Part shown: piece by piece, positions 18,647 through 28,645 of the stretch
Layout: each line of letters opens with the position of its first letter
How positions within the stretch are numbered: the first letter of the stretch is position 1
NCBI GenBank assembly: GCA_050251055.1
Contig: JBFWNL010000002.1
Span: forward strand, 224,001-288,000
From: Bacteriovoracia bacterium
GTDB lineage: Bacteria; Bdellovibrionota; UBA1018; JBFWNL01
DNA length: 64,000 nt
Reading direction: 5' to 3'
Made by a program: the position numbers and the translations under genes
The notes under the pieces: generated by a model
The model's input: the letters and a program-made list of their open reading frames with translations, nothing else
What the model was told of the DNA's origin: nothing
Database searches by the model: none

Positions 18647-21600
18647 TCAGGTACGGGTAGTGGAACGCGGTTTCCCACGCGTATCGCTCAGGTCTGGCAC
18701 CGCGGGCGCGGCCTGGCTGCCGTTCACGGGCGTAAGGCCCGGTTTGGCGTGCGCATGCGCGCCATTTCCATTGCGCGCGGCTTCCCGTTCGGACTCCGCT
18801 AGTTTCTCGGCATGCGTTTTTTTCTCGCGGCTGACGATCATATAAAAGCTAGGTACCACGAGCAAAGTCAGGAACGTGGAAACCACCACCCCACCAATCA
18901 CGGCGAGCGCCATGGGCACCCGGGTCTCGGCGCCCGGACCGATGGCTAACGCGGGAGGAATGGCGCCCACGGTGGTCGCAATCGAGGTCATGAGAATGGG
19001 ACGCAGACGCATGGGACAAGCGTGAATGAGCGCGTCTCGGATATTCATCCCTTGCTCCCGCATGTGGTTGGTGAAGTCGACGAGCAAAATGGAGTTCTTT
19101 TTCACGATCCCCATAAGCAGGATGATGCCGATCACGCTGTACATGTTCAAACTATGCCCGCCGGGAAAAAGGGCGATCAGGGCGCCGGAAATACCGAATG
19201 GCAACGCCATAAGCACCGTAACGGGGTGAATGAAGCTATTGAACTGGGATGCGAGCACCATATACGAGATGATCAACCCCATCACGAGGGCCATGACGGC
19301 CGCCATGCCCGACTCCTTGAACGTCTTCGCGCTACCGCTGACGTTCATTCGGTAGCCCGCCGGCAGCACTTGCTTCGTGATGCGATCGATGGCCTCAAGC
19401 GCCGCTGCCTGCGACTTTCCGGTCGCCACGTTCGCGAAGATACTAATCGCGCGCTCCCGATCCTTACGGGAAATGGACTGAAGCCCAGGCACCCGCTCGA
19501 TCTTAATGACCTGTCCTAGTGGAATGAGCTCGCCGCGGTTGTTGCGGACCATCACCGTGTTTAAGTCCTGAATCTTTTGCTGTTCATCCGGAGCCATCTT
19601 CACGCGGATATCGAAACGATGGCCGCCGCGCGAAAACTTGCCCGCGACCGCGCCACCCATCAGCGCGCTGACCGCTTGGCCCACGTCGGCGACGCTCACG
19701 CCGCGTAGGCGCGCGCGCTCACGGTCGGGTACCACATGATACTCTTCAACGTTCCCGCGATAGTCGGAGTCGATGTCGCTCATCAACCCGGTCTTCTCCA
19801 TCTCGGCCAGCACCTTCTTGGTCGAATCGATCAGCACGTCCCAACGCTCCCCCTGGAGCGCGAACTCGATGGGAAAGCCCCGGCTGCCGGAAAACCCGCC
19901 TTGGGACAAATCCATGATGAAAGCGGATACGCCTTTAATCTGCTTCAAATCGGTCCGTAATGCCGCCGCGATCTCCTGCTGCGTGCGGGCCCGGCCCAGT
20001 TTTTCATCCCTCGGCCTTTGCTCTTTCGCTTTCAAGGTCACGAAGAGCATGGCCGTATTCACTTCACCGCCCCCGAATCCCCCGATCGCGGCGAAATACC
20101 GTTCCGCCTCCGGGAGCTTCGCGACCATATCCTCAACCTCGCGGGTCTTGCCGTCGGTGAAGTCAAACGAAGAACCTTCGTCCGTCTTCAGTCGCATCAA
20201 CAACGTCGACATGTCCTGCGACGGTACGAATTCCTTTTTTAAAAATGGAATAAGCGCCAGGCTTCCCGCGAAAAGCCCCAAAGCGACCAGGACCGTAGTC
20301 CATTTACGCGCCAGCAACGTCGGAAGGATACGCGTATAGATCTGCGCCAGCCGGTGGAAGCCGTCCTCCACGAACTTACCGAGACGAGAAGTTCGTTCGC
20401 CGATCTCCAAAAATTGGGACGTCCGCATGGGCGTCAGAGTGAGCGCCTCGAGCAAGGAGAGGGCGACCGCGACCGAGATCGTCACCCCAAACTGGTAAAA
20501 AAACTTGCCGACGATCCCGCTCATAAACGCGATCGGGAGGAAGATGGCGATGATCGCGGCGGTGGCGGCCAAAGCGGCGAACGTGATCTCGCGGGCGCCG
20601 TCGGAAGCCGCTTGCATCTTGCCCTTGCCGTCTTCGCGATGCCGCACGATGTTCTCGAGCACCATGATGGCATCATCGACCACGATACCGATGGCCAGCG
20701 AGAGGCCGAGCAAGGTAAAGGTATTGAGGGTGAAGTTCAAATATTTAAGGACGATGAATGTCCCCAATATCGAGGTCGGAATGGCCAAGATCACGTTCAT
20801 GGTCGCCGACCACGAACCCAGGAATACCCAGCAAACCAGCGCGGTCAAAACGGCCGAGAGCACGAGCGTAAAATTTAGTTCGTGGATAGACTCCTTGATA
20901 AATCGGGTAGAATCGAAGTTGACCCCCAGCTTAACGTTCGGCGGCAGGGTTTTAGAGATTTCCTGCATGCGGGCCCGCACGTTTTCCGCGACCTGCACCG
21001 CGTTCACGCCACGTTGCTTGCGAATCCCCATCCCGACGGCCGGAGCGCCCATCACGCGCGAACGGCGGCGAACGTCCGCCAGGCCCTCCTCGATGGTTGC
21101 CACCTGATCTAGCGCCATGGGCGTGTAATTAGGCAGGCCACCGCGCTTTTGGATCATGAGCCGGCTGAACTCGTCCGCGGACTCCGCCTCGCCCATCGTG
21201 CGAATATTGAATTCCTTATTAGCCACGTCGATGCGGCCGGCCGGAGGCTCAGCATGCTCCATTTGAATCGTATTAATGACGTCGGAAACGGCGAGCGCAT
21301 GCTGATTCAGTTTCTTTTGGGATACCCAAACGCGCAGATTGGGTTCCACGTACCCACCCAAGAAAACGTCCGCCACGCCCGGCACGGTCGCGAAGCGGTC
21401 ACGCAATCGATCGCGCACAAACGACATGAGCTGAGGCAGCGGCATATCGGGCGAAGAAACGGCCATCCACATGATCGGCTGGTCCTCGGGATTGGTCTTC
21501 ATCACGATCGGCGGATCCACGTCCTTGGGTAGCTCGCGCTGCGCCTGCGTGATCTTCGTTTGAATTTCCTGAACGGCGATATCAATGTTTTTATCGAGAT

Positions 21601-21886
21601 CGAACTCGACAGTAATGTTGGCCAGACCGCTACGCGCGGTGGAGGAAACGCCGATGATGCCTTGGATGGACATGAGCGCGCTCTCGATCGGATCGACCAC
21701 GCTGAGCTCCATCACCTCCGGCGCGGCTCCGTTTAGCGTCACCGAAATATTGACCACGGGAAAATCGATGTCGGGAAGCTGTGAAACGCCCATGCGTTGG
21801 AATCCGACCCATCCGAAGAGGATGAGCGAAATCATGAGCATCCAAGCGAATACGGGTTTGCGTATGGACAGGTCGGAAATATTCAC
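18647..21886 (-). CDS. RND efflux transporter permease (AcrB/MdtC-like)
   Basis: GIVVDDAIMVLENI, GIVKKNSILLVDF and RLRPILMT motifs; 1079 aa. Confidence 0.96.
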   Translation of the reverse strand: MNISDLSIRKPVFAWMLMISLILFGWVGFQRMGVSQLPDIDFPVVNISVTLNGAAPEVMELSVVDPIESALMSIQGIIGVSSTARSGLANITVEFDLDKNIDIAVQEIQTKITQAQRELPKDVDPPIVMKTNPEDQPIMWMAVSSPDMPLPQLMSFVRDRLRDRFATVPGVADVFLGGYVEPNLRVWVSQKKLNQHALAVSDVINTIQMEHAEPPAGRIDVANKEFNIRTMGEAESADEFSRLMIQKRGGLPNYTPMALDQVATIEEGLADVRRRSRVMGAPAVGMGIRKQRGVNAVQVAENVRARMQEISKTLPPNVKLGVNFDSTRFIKESIHELNFTLVLSAVLTALVCWVFLGSWSATMNVILAIPTSILGTFIVLKYLNFTLNTFTLLGLSLAIGIVVDDAIMVLENIVRHREDGKGKMQAASDGAREITFAALAATAAIIAIFLPIAFMSGIVGKFFYQFGVTISVAVALSLLEALTLTPMRTSQFLEIGERTSRLGKFVEDGFHRLAQIYTRILPTLLARKWTTVLVALGLFAGSLALIPFLKKEFVPSQDMSTLLMRLKTDEGSSFDFTDGKTREVEDMVAKLPEAERYFAAIGGFGGGEVNTAMLFVTLKAKEQRPRDEKLGRARTQQEIAAALRTDLKQIKGVSAFIMDLSQGGFSGSRGFPIEFALQGERWDVLIDSTKKVLAEMEKTGLMSDIDSDYRGNVEEYHVVPDRERARLRGVSVADVGQAVSALMGGAVAGKFSRGGHRFDIRVKMAPDEQQKIQDLNTVMVRNNRGELIPLGQVIKIERVPGLQSISRKDRERAISIFANVATGKSQAAALEAIDRITKQVLPAGYRMNVSGSAKTFKESGMAAVMALVMGLIISYMVLASQFNSFIHPVTVLMALPFGISGALIALFPGGHSLNMYSVIGIILLMGIVKKNSILLVDFTNHMREQGMNIRDALIHACPMRLRPILMTSIATTVGAIPPALAIGPGAETRVPMALAVIGGVVVSTFLTLLVVPSFYMIVSREKKTHAEKLAESEREAARNGNGAHAHAKPGLTPVNGSQAAPAVPDLSDTRGKPRSTTRT

Positions 21887-23184
21887 TACTGGGCACTCCT
21901 CAGCCCGGCGGAAGCGGGCACGCTGCCGACGGACGTTTCCAGCGCGATGAAGGCCTGTTTAGCCGTGAACTGCGTCTTGTCGAGGGCGCGCTGGGTATCG
22001 ACGAAACTGTTCAGGGCTTGTAACACATCCAGGTTGGTGGTCAAACCCAGGCTATAATCGCGCAGCTGCTCCCGATAGTTCTTTTCGGAAATTTCCAACG
22101 CGCTTTTGTAAGCTTCGATTTGTTTTTGGGTGCTCACCAAGAAGTCGTAGTTAATCAAAATGGTTTCCTGCGCCGTACGACGCAGCCGAGATAGGCCCAG
22201 TTCCGCGACCTTACGGCGTTCGGCGGCTTCGCGCACTTCCGACTGGATCACCCCGCCTTGAAATAACGGAAAAGTGGCCGACAAACCTACATCCCACTTA
22301 GTATCCCGCAGGACACCAGTGCGGGCGAGATAGTAGTTGGCGCCGAAATCAATCGAAGGGAGATGAGCTCCCCAGGCAACGCTCACTTCGGCCTCCGATG
22401 CCTCGACCCGCTCTACCTGGGCGCGAACGTCGTAGCGAGATTCCACACGGGAAAAGTAGGCATCCACGGATGGCAGCGGATTCGGCAACTGAACCGAGTC
22501 CTGAAGCGAGAACTCCCCGGAAACTCCGGTCACCAGCTCAAAATTACGTTTCGCTTGCGCGGCCACGGCCTTGGCGGCCTCCAGCTGCGCCGTCACCGTC
22601 GAGCGCTGAACCTGGGCCGTGAGCGACTCGCCGTTACGTGAGCGACCGATGCGCACGCGCTGGTTGATCTCGGCGACACGTTTTTCCGTCAGCTCCAGGA
22701 GGTGGTTCAAGTTGCGTAAATCCTGCTGCGCGGAAAGGTGGCCATAAAAGGCATCGCCCACCGTTCGATAAAGCTCGACGCGTGTCTGCGACTCCGCGGC
22801 GACCTGGGCCGCGTAGTTGGCGTTCGTTCCCCGCACCGCCGCGAACTCACGTAAACCGCGGAAGATCGGCTGATTCAAGTTGAGACGGGCGTTGTATTGC
22901 ACGGGGTCCGTGAAACTCGAAGTGGGTGCGTTCCCGGTATCTTGCCGAGTATAAGTCCCCACCAAATTGATCGTCGGAAAGATCGCGCCCTTGGCCTGGG
23001 AGACGAGCTCCTCCGCCTGACGAGTTGTCGCCTCCGCGATCGGCACCGTTTCCGTTTTTTGAATAGCAGACACGTAAGCCTGCTCCAACCCCAGGACGGG
23101 AACGGCCTGCGCAGGACCTCCGAATAGCCCCAACGCCAAAGCCAGCGACGACACAATGAACGCGTTCTTTCTTTTGCTAGTCAC
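21886..23184 (-). CDS. tolC: TolC-family outer-membrane efflux protein
   Basis: Signal peptide; duplicated OEP repeats (P..NL.G...LNQPIF and PSIDF...PLFQGG). GTG start at 23184 preferred over TTG 23190. Confidence 0.88.
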   Translation of the reverse strand: MTSKRKNAFIVSSLALALGLFGGPAQAVPVLGLEQAYVSAIQKTETVPIAEATTRQAEELVSQAKGAIFPTINLVGTYTRQDTGNAPTSSFTDPVQYNARLNLNQPIFRGLREFAAVRGTNANYAAQVAAESQTRVELYRTVGDAFYGHLSAQQDLRNLNHLLELTEKRVAEINQRVRIGRSRNGESLTAQVQRSTVTAQLEAAKAVAAQAKRNFELVTGVSGEFSLQDSVQLPNPLPSVDAYFSRVESRYDVRAQVERVEASEAEVSVAWGAHLPSIDFGANYYLARTGVLRDTKWDVGLSATFPLFQGGVIQSEVREAAERRKVAELGLSRLRRTAQETILINYDFLVSTQKQIEAYKSALEISEKNYREQLRDYSLGLTTNLDVLQALNSFVDTQRALDKTQFTAKQAFIALETSVGSVPASAGLRSAQ

Positions 23185-23193
23185 TAGCAAAAG
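23171..23193. promoter_or_regulatory. Perfect 11-bp inverted repeat over the tolC start (operator candidate)
   Basis: CTTTTGCTAGT-c-ACTAGCAAAAG; abuts a minus-strand extended -10 element TGt-TAGCCT at 23200-23192. Confidence 0.6.
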
Positions 23194-23227
23194 GCTAACA
23201 GGACGCGCCTGGCCGTCTACTGAATTT

Positions 23228-23251
23228 ATCTTGACGTAGTGGCGTCAAGAT
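23228..23251. terminator. Hairpin between the S8 gene and tolC (terminator or second operator)
   Basis: ATCTTGACG-tagtgg-CGTCAAGAT, 21 nt after the S8 stop codon. Confidence 0.45.
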
Positions 23252-23272
23252 CTTGGAATATCAACGAAAAAG

Positions 23273-25393
23273 TTACTCTACCGTAACCAACAAAGCGAAC
23301 GGTTGCTTACCTGCCTTGCCCTGAGGAACGTTCACGCCCTGAACGGTAACGACGTACTCGCCAGCGGCCAAACCACTCAGCTCCAGCATCTCGTGGTTAT
23401 TCACTCGATCCGCTAGCTGCATTTTTTTCCCATCCGCGCCCGTCACGACCAAGTCGAGGTCGTTTACCAACGCCTTGGCCGCCATCGAGGCCCCTGGGGC
23501 ATCGGTGTACACAAGCGTCGCCCGGAGCTTGCCCGCCGCCCCCACCTCCACCGTGATATCCTTGCGCTCGCCCACGCCCACGCCCGCGGTCTCATCCACG
23601 AATTGGGTTTCCGCCAAGTTCGTCGCTTGATCCATATCCACCCGGCCGTAGCCTTCGTGGATGTTCGGCCGCCGTTTTGGCAATTCCTGGGTGCTTCCTT
23701 CCCCGTACTGACCCGGAAACAGGTCCTTAGCAGAATGGAGCAACGCCGCCTTCACGATCGCCGCCGACGGATTCGCGAGCTTACGGTCCTTGATGAGGTA
23801 CTCGCGCACGACCGTGGCCGCGCCCGCCGTCAGCGGGGTAGCCATCGAGGTACCGCCGGCGTAAACGTAGTTATCGTCGTAGGCACCCCAAAGCAGGCCC
23901 GCCTTCGGGTGCTTGGAGCGGGTGCTGACGATGTTCGTGCCTGGCGCCACGATTTCGGGCTTCAGACGGCCGTCATTCGTCGGACCACGCGAGCTGAACG
24001 CCGCGATCCCGTTTGGATTGTTCGAAAGCGTGTCGGACTTCAGCGGCTCGACGCCCCACTTCGTGGCGCCATCGCGCAGTTCACCGTGAGGCTTTTGAAT
24101 GCCTCCTTGCCCCAACAGATTTTCCGAAGCGCCCACCGTCAACACGTTCTTCGCCGTACCGGGGGAACCAATCGAGTTTTCATCGATGCGCCCGTTCTTG
24201 TCTTTGTCCTGACCGCTATTTCCGGCCGCAAAGAGCACGAGCATGTCGGGATTGTTCCACATGAAGGTATCCACTCGCGAAGCCATGGTCTCGTAGGCCC
24301 CGAAGTTCGTGGCCATGCCCCACGAATTGGAATGAATGCGCGCGCCCTCTTTATAGACGGTGCCCAACAAATCGTCGAAGTTCATGCTCCACGCGATGTT
24401 GTCAATCACCGGGCTCCAGATTCCTTCTGGCAAAAAGGAAGCCCCATAGGCACCGCCGCGCAGGATATCTTTGGACATCTTGCCATTGCCGACGATCGAA
24501 CCCGCCACGTGCGTGCCGTGTCCGTTGGTGTCCTGCCAGCTCGATGAACCCAGACCTTTAGCGTAGCCCTTTTTCACCGCCGAAAGATCCGTGTGGTTCT
24601 TCGCGGTATCCCCCATATCGAGACCGGTATCGGCCATCGAGGCCGTCTGACCGGCGCCCGTCCAGCCACGGGACCAAGCGGCGTCGAAGTTCATGATCTT
24701 CGTCCCGCTTTCGTAGCCATTGAGCGGAATCGGATCGGCCCGAAATCCGGAAATGCGGGATTCAAGATCGCCCGTCATATCGAAAGCAAACGTTTCCAGG
24801 TGCGGAACCTCCTGCACCCACTGCACGCCCGAAAGATTGGCCACTTCGGCAAATGCCTCGGCTTCTACGCGCGCCACCAGGTCCAGGCCGCGCACTTCCA
24901 CTTGTGAAACACCCGTCACACGGGCCAGGCGAGCCGCAAGTTCCCAAGACGATTGGCCTGGCCATACCGTAATCAGGACGACGGGCGATTCGGGAGCGTG
25001 AAACCCATTCTGCGGAGAGGCGAAGAGCGATGGGCTAAGTTTCCACTCACCCTTGAACTCCGAAACCGCGCGAACATTTGTTAACGCTCCGACGACCGTG
25101 CCCGCCGCGCCCGAAGGGCCGCGCACCAGGTAAGCATCGTCCGGCAGATAACCCAAAATCACCAAGCCTTCCGCTTCCAAGCCGGTTCGATCGGCGGCTT
25201 GGATCGTCGACTGGAACTGCACGACGAAAACCCGCTCATCATCTAAGAGGGACGGCCCGGCTTGCTGCAGGACTTCGGCGCTTTCATCACGCAAAGCTAC
25301 GTCGCCGCGAAGCAGATGGAGAGTGTCTCCCGCCACCGCCGTCAGCCCGAACTGCGTTCCGAAAATTAAAGTCGCCGCGAGAATTTTTTTCAT
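23273..25393 (-). CDS. Secreted S8 peptidase, KP-43-like
   Basis: ADTGLD, NGHGTHVAGS, IHSNSWG, FAAGN, SSRGPTNDGRLKPEIVAPG and GTSMATP; C-terminal LVNDLDL beta domain. Confidence 0.95.
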   Translation of the reverse strand: MKKILAATLIFGTQFGLTAVAGDTLHLLRGDVALRDESAEVLQQAGPSLLDDERVFVVQFQSTIQAADRTGLEAEGLVILGYLPDDAYLVRGPSGAAGTVVGALTNVRAVSEFKGEWKLSPSLFASPQNGFHAPESPVVLITVWPGQSSWELAARLARVTGVSQVEVRGLDLVARVEAEAFAEVANLSGVQWVQEVPHLETFAFDMTGDLESRISGFRADPIPLNGYESGTKIMNFDAAWSRGWTGAGQTASMADTGLDMGDTAKNHTDLSAVKKGYAKGLGSSSWQDTNGHGTHVAGSIVGNGKMSKDILRGGAYGASFLPEGIWSPVIDNIAWSMNFDDLLGTVYKEGARIHSNSWGMATNFGAYETMASRVDTFMWNNPDMLVLFAAGNSGQDKDKNGRIDENSIGSPGTAKNVLTVGASENLLGQGGIQKPHGELRDGATKWGVEPLKSDTLSNNPNGIAAFSSRGPTNDGRLKPEIVAPGTNIVSTRSKHPKAGLLWGAYDDNYVYAGGTSMATPLTAGAATVVREYLIKDRKLANPSAAIVKAALLHSAKDLFPGQYGEGSTQELPKRRPNIHEGYGRVDMDQATNLAETQFVDETAGVGVGERKDITVEVGAAGKLRATLVYTDAPGASMAAKALVNDLDLVVTGADGKKMQLADRVNNHEMLELSGLAAGEYVVTVQGVNVPQGKAGKQPFALLVTVE

Positions 25394-25516
25394 CTTCTAT
25401 TCCTTCAGGTTTGGTTCTCTCTGATCCCCGTAGTGGATCAGGAAAAAGGGAAAATTCAAAGGGGGTGAGAGAATTTTTTCTTTACAGATGTTAACGCGGG
25501 GCCATACCTTTTCCCC

Positions 25517-26044
25517 ATGAACCGCAACCCATTCTCAGTATTCGCCGCGGCGCTAACCTGCTTCGCATCCATCACGCTTGCCACTGCGGCACCCACCCAG
25601 GCGGCAGCGGAAGCCAGCGGATTTTCCGCTAACGCCGCGCGCTCAACCGAGCTTGGCCTCATCATCGGAGAGCCGCTTGCTCTCTCGGGAAAATTCTGGA
25701 TGGGCAATAACGCGATTGGCGCGGGACTAGGCTACTCCTTCAATAGCTATCTGCTGATTTTCGGAGATTACCTTTGGCACTTTCCCGGCTTATTCGGATC
25801 GCGTCATGAGTTTCTATCGCGCTTGCTGCCGTACGTTGGCGTAGGGGGTTACTTTGGCTTCTCGACGGATCGTCGCTCGCAGATGACCAACGGCGCTGCC
25901 GCATTGCGCATTCCCTTCGGCGCCGAGTACATCTTACCAAAGGCCCCCGTGTCCTTTACCTTAGAACTGGTTCCCGGCATCCGACTCGCGCCCAGCACGG
26001 GCGTTATCCTTCAGGGCGGCTTGGCCATCCGCTACTGCTTCTAG
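25517..26044 (+). CDS. Small outer-membrane beta-barrel protein
   Basis: GLIIGEP..LSGKFW, DYLWH, YVGVG, RIPFGAEY, LELVPG and C-terminal IRYCF. Confidence 0.8.
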   Translation: MNRNPFSVFAAALTCFASITLATAAPTQAAAEASGFSANAARSTELGLIIGEPLALSGKFWMGNNAIGAGLGYSFNSYLLIFGDYLWHFPGLFGSRHEFLSRLLPYVGVGGYFGFSTDRRSQMTNGAAALRIPFGAEYILPKAPVSFTLELVPGIRLAPSTGVILQGGLAIRYCF

Positions 26045-26127
26045 TTTTTAAAAACTCGGGAAAAAATGCGGCACCCGAAGCCGGTCGGCATATACGTGAC
26101 CTTGGATGGCGCGAGCGGGCGCGGGAT

Positions 26128-26625
26128 CTAGCGGCCACTACTTTCCGGCGGCGTCTTCCGCCAACGGGTTTTCTTCTGGTTGAACGCCTCTAGCACGCGT
26201 CCTTCCAATATCTGCAGCTGTTCGCGCGCCGGCGGTTGCTTGAGGGCAATCTGCACGTAGAGATTACCGGGAAAGAGCGGAGCGTCCTTCGTCGGCTCCG
26301 GAAAAAAATACATAAGGAATAGCGCTTCCGACTGGGCGCCCTTCGTGCGCACGCGGGTACGCGAGTCGATGCGGTCGGTGATCGACTCGCGGTAAGGCGC
26401 AAACTGGAACTTGGCCGGTGACTCCTGCTGAATGCGGGTGATCAATCCTTCGAGCGCCTCACTCAGCGTTTTTCCTTCGGCCTCCGCCCTCGTCTTCCAG
26501 TCGGAAGCGGGCGTCGTATCGGTGGGCATCAGTTGCAACCGAAAATGAGGTGCGGTCACGCTCGTCGCCTGATCGAACGTTTCCGCGCGCGTGAGCGCAA
26601 AACCCAAGAGAATCATTGAAAGCAT
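26128..26625 (-). CDS. Secreted hypothetical protein
   Basis: Short signal peptide MLSMILLGFALTRA; overlaps the stop of the upstream gene, suggesting an operon. Confidence 0.65.
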   Translation of the reverse strand: MLSMILLGFALTRAETFDQATSVTAPHFRLQLMPTDTTPASDWKTRAEAEGKTLSEALEGLITRIQQESPAKFQFAPYRESITDRIDSRTRVRTKGAQSEALFLMYFFPEPTKDAPLFPGNLYVQIALKQPPAREQLQILEGRVLEAFNQKKTRWRKTPPESSGR

Positions 26626-27104
26626 GCTTCTATCCTCAAACCGGTCATTAAGGGCAGACTCCCGCCGCCGGAATTCAAGAGTACGGCGCCCCGCCAGCCC
26701 ACTTGCAGCTGAACTTCCTCGCTTTGGTAAAAAGGAAGGCCCGCGACCACGCCCAGAACTGGGCCTGCCACCGACGAATTCACGCCAAATCCCCCGTCCG
26801 CGCCCAGGTAGGGCGAAGTGGTCCGACTCGCGTCGAAACGATATTGCAGCCCGAAGCTGAAGCTGACCAGGCTCCACTCGCGTTGGCCGACGAGATTCAA
26901 TTCAAGATAGACGGGCGCTTTCGCGATCTCCCACCCGTAGGCCGCGGAAACCCAGAACTGCGCGCCGGGATCGTTGGCCTGGGTTACCCAGCCCGTGCCC
27001 AACCCGGCGTTATAGTGTTGCGTCGGGAGAACGGCCTCGTCGCCCCGGGCGCCCGGTGCAAAGCTCAACGCCCAAGCCACGAGAAGGACCCCGCGCGATC
27101 TCAA
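26613..27104 (-). CDS. Small outer-membrane beta-barrel protein
   Basis: Signal peptide; GLQYRF..TSPYLGADGG strands similar to the barrel part of the neighbouring gene. Confidence 0.75.
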   Translation of the reverse strand: MRSRGVLLVAWALSFAPGARGDEAVLPTQHYNAGLGTGWVTQANDPGAQFWVSAAYGWEIAKAPVYLELNLVGQREWSLVSFSFGLQYRFDASRTTSPYLGADGGFGVNSSVAGPVLGVVAGLPFYQSEEVQLQVGWRGAVLLNSGGGSLPLMTGLRIEACFQ

Positions 27105-27991
27105 TTGAAAAACACCCCGAGACGCGCGCCCAGCACGTAAGGCGTAACCCCGTTCAAGTCCTTAAACAGGATCCCGGCCCGAAACCCCAAGTCTATATTC
27201 AAGGCGGTCGTCCGCAGCAGCTGTAGGCCCCCGCCACCACCGAGCACGAAACCCACGGTGCTGACTTCCGCGATTCCCATCCCGAAATCCGCGGATACGT
27301 ATGGAGTGGTGCCACGATCCGAGAAAAAGTAACGCCCGCCAATGCCAAAATCGACGAGGCTCGCGCGACTGAGGCTAGCCCAGTTCAAACCAATCGAGAT
27401 CATCCAATCGTTGAGATCCCACGCGTAAGCGCCCGACAAGTAGTAAGCCAAGCCGGAATTCGCCGAAGACTTGAGATAGGCCGGGCCGAGGCCGAAATAA
27501 TAACCCTTGCGCGCCGAGCGACGGTTTTGGCCCGCGGTGACTTCCGTTTCGGTCACGTCGCCCACGCGGGCGTCCGCGGCCGGCGCGACCTCGTTGATCA
27601 CGGCCCGGGTTAAGCGCGATCCCACCTGATCGAGATCTTCGATGCGGGCCGCTTTCATCTGGGCGGAATAAGCCACCTTGCCGTCGCGAATTTTCTCCAA
27701 GGTCATGACGTAGGCGCCACCCAACCTCAAAAGCCGCGGGCGCAGACGATACTGCGACTCGCCGGCCTCGGAAACCGCGCGGTGCGAACCACTGCTCGCC
27801 ACGGCGACGCGGACGAGCTCGGTGGTGGCGTCCAGATCGCTGCTAGGAACTCCCGCGCCGGTGGCGCGCTCGACGAAAATTTCGTCGGCTAACCCCGGAA
27901 CGCCGTCGAAAACATGGTATGTAGCGAGAATGCCGATCGCGAAAAAAAAGCTGAACCTTCTCCGATACGCCCTGTTTTTCTGGTTTTTCAT
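27101..27991 (-). CDS. Outer-membrane protein: N-terminal alpha/beta domain plus a C-terminal beta-barrel
   Basis: Signal peptide; GGRYFF..TTPYVSADFG; ends RLGVFFN. Confidence 0.8.
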   Translation of the reverse strand: MKNQKNRAYRRRFSFFFAIGILATYHVFDGVPGLADEIFVERATGAGVPSSDLDATTELVRVAVASSGSHRAVSEAGESQYRLRPRLLRLGGAYVMTLEKIRDGKVAYSAQMKAARIEDLDQVGSRLTRAVINEVAPAADARVGDVTETEVTAGQNRRSARKGYYFGLGPAYLKSSANSGLAYYLSGAYAWDLNDWMISIGLNWASLSRASLVDFGIGGRYFFSDRGTTPYVSADFGMGIAEVSTVGFVLGGGGGLQLLRTTALNIDLGFRAGILFKDLNGVTPYVLGARLGVFFN

Positions 27992-28559
27992 GAGTGCCCC
28001 CATTCTTGCGGAGGAACCCGGTAAAGTCAATTTACAGCGGCTCGCGATCAATCAAAAAGGCATGCTGGTACTCGGCGGGTGGGCGCTAGGCAATATCGCC
28101 ACGGGCTTGGCGATGCAAGGCAACGCAACCCAAGCCGACCACTACTTTCACCAAATGAACGTCCTTTGGAACACAGTGAATTTTGGATTGGCCACGTGGG
28201 GATACCTTCAGAATCGAAACGAAGACGTCTCGAACTACACCTTGCGCCAGACCATCGAGAAAAATGAGGAAGTGCAGGGCGTCTTGCTCCTAAACGCCGG
28301 ATTGGACGTAGCCTACATGGCCACGGGGGTGTGGCTCCATTCGCGTGGCGATCACGCGGGCGAAACCTTCGAATCCCAAGCCAAATGGCGAGGCTACGGA
28401 CGCTCCCTGATCTTGCAGGGTGCATTTCTCTTGGTATTCGACGTCACCCTTTACCTCGTCCACCGGGGGAACCACCAGTCTTGGCTCGAAAGTGCTTTTG
28501 GAAAAACCACGGCCTTTCGGATCCAGCCAGACAGCATAACCTATAGTTTTTACTACTGA
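27930..28559 (+). CDS. Membrane or secreted protein (DUF6992-like)
   Basis: GMLVLGGWALGNI, YFHQMNVLWNTVN, LLNAGLDVAY and GYGRSLILQGAFLLVFD motifs. Start uncertain (27930 or 27990). Confidence 0.75.
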   Translation: MPIAKKKLNLLRYALFFWFFMSAPILAEEPGKVNLQRLAINQKGMLVLGGWALGNIATGLAMQGNATQADHYFHQMNVLWNTVNFGLATWGYLQNRNEDVSNYTLRQTIEKNEEVQGVLLLNAGLDVAYMATGVWLHSRGDHAGETFESQAKWRGYGRSLILQGAFLLVFDVTLYLVHRGNHQSWLESAFGKTTAFRIQPDSITYSFYY

Positions 28560-28645
28560 TTTTTATTACTTCCCCACGCCAAATCCCCATTTGACGCTTC
28601 GCAGGCCTATCATTTATATAGCAGCGCAACAGGGAGACGTTCGTT

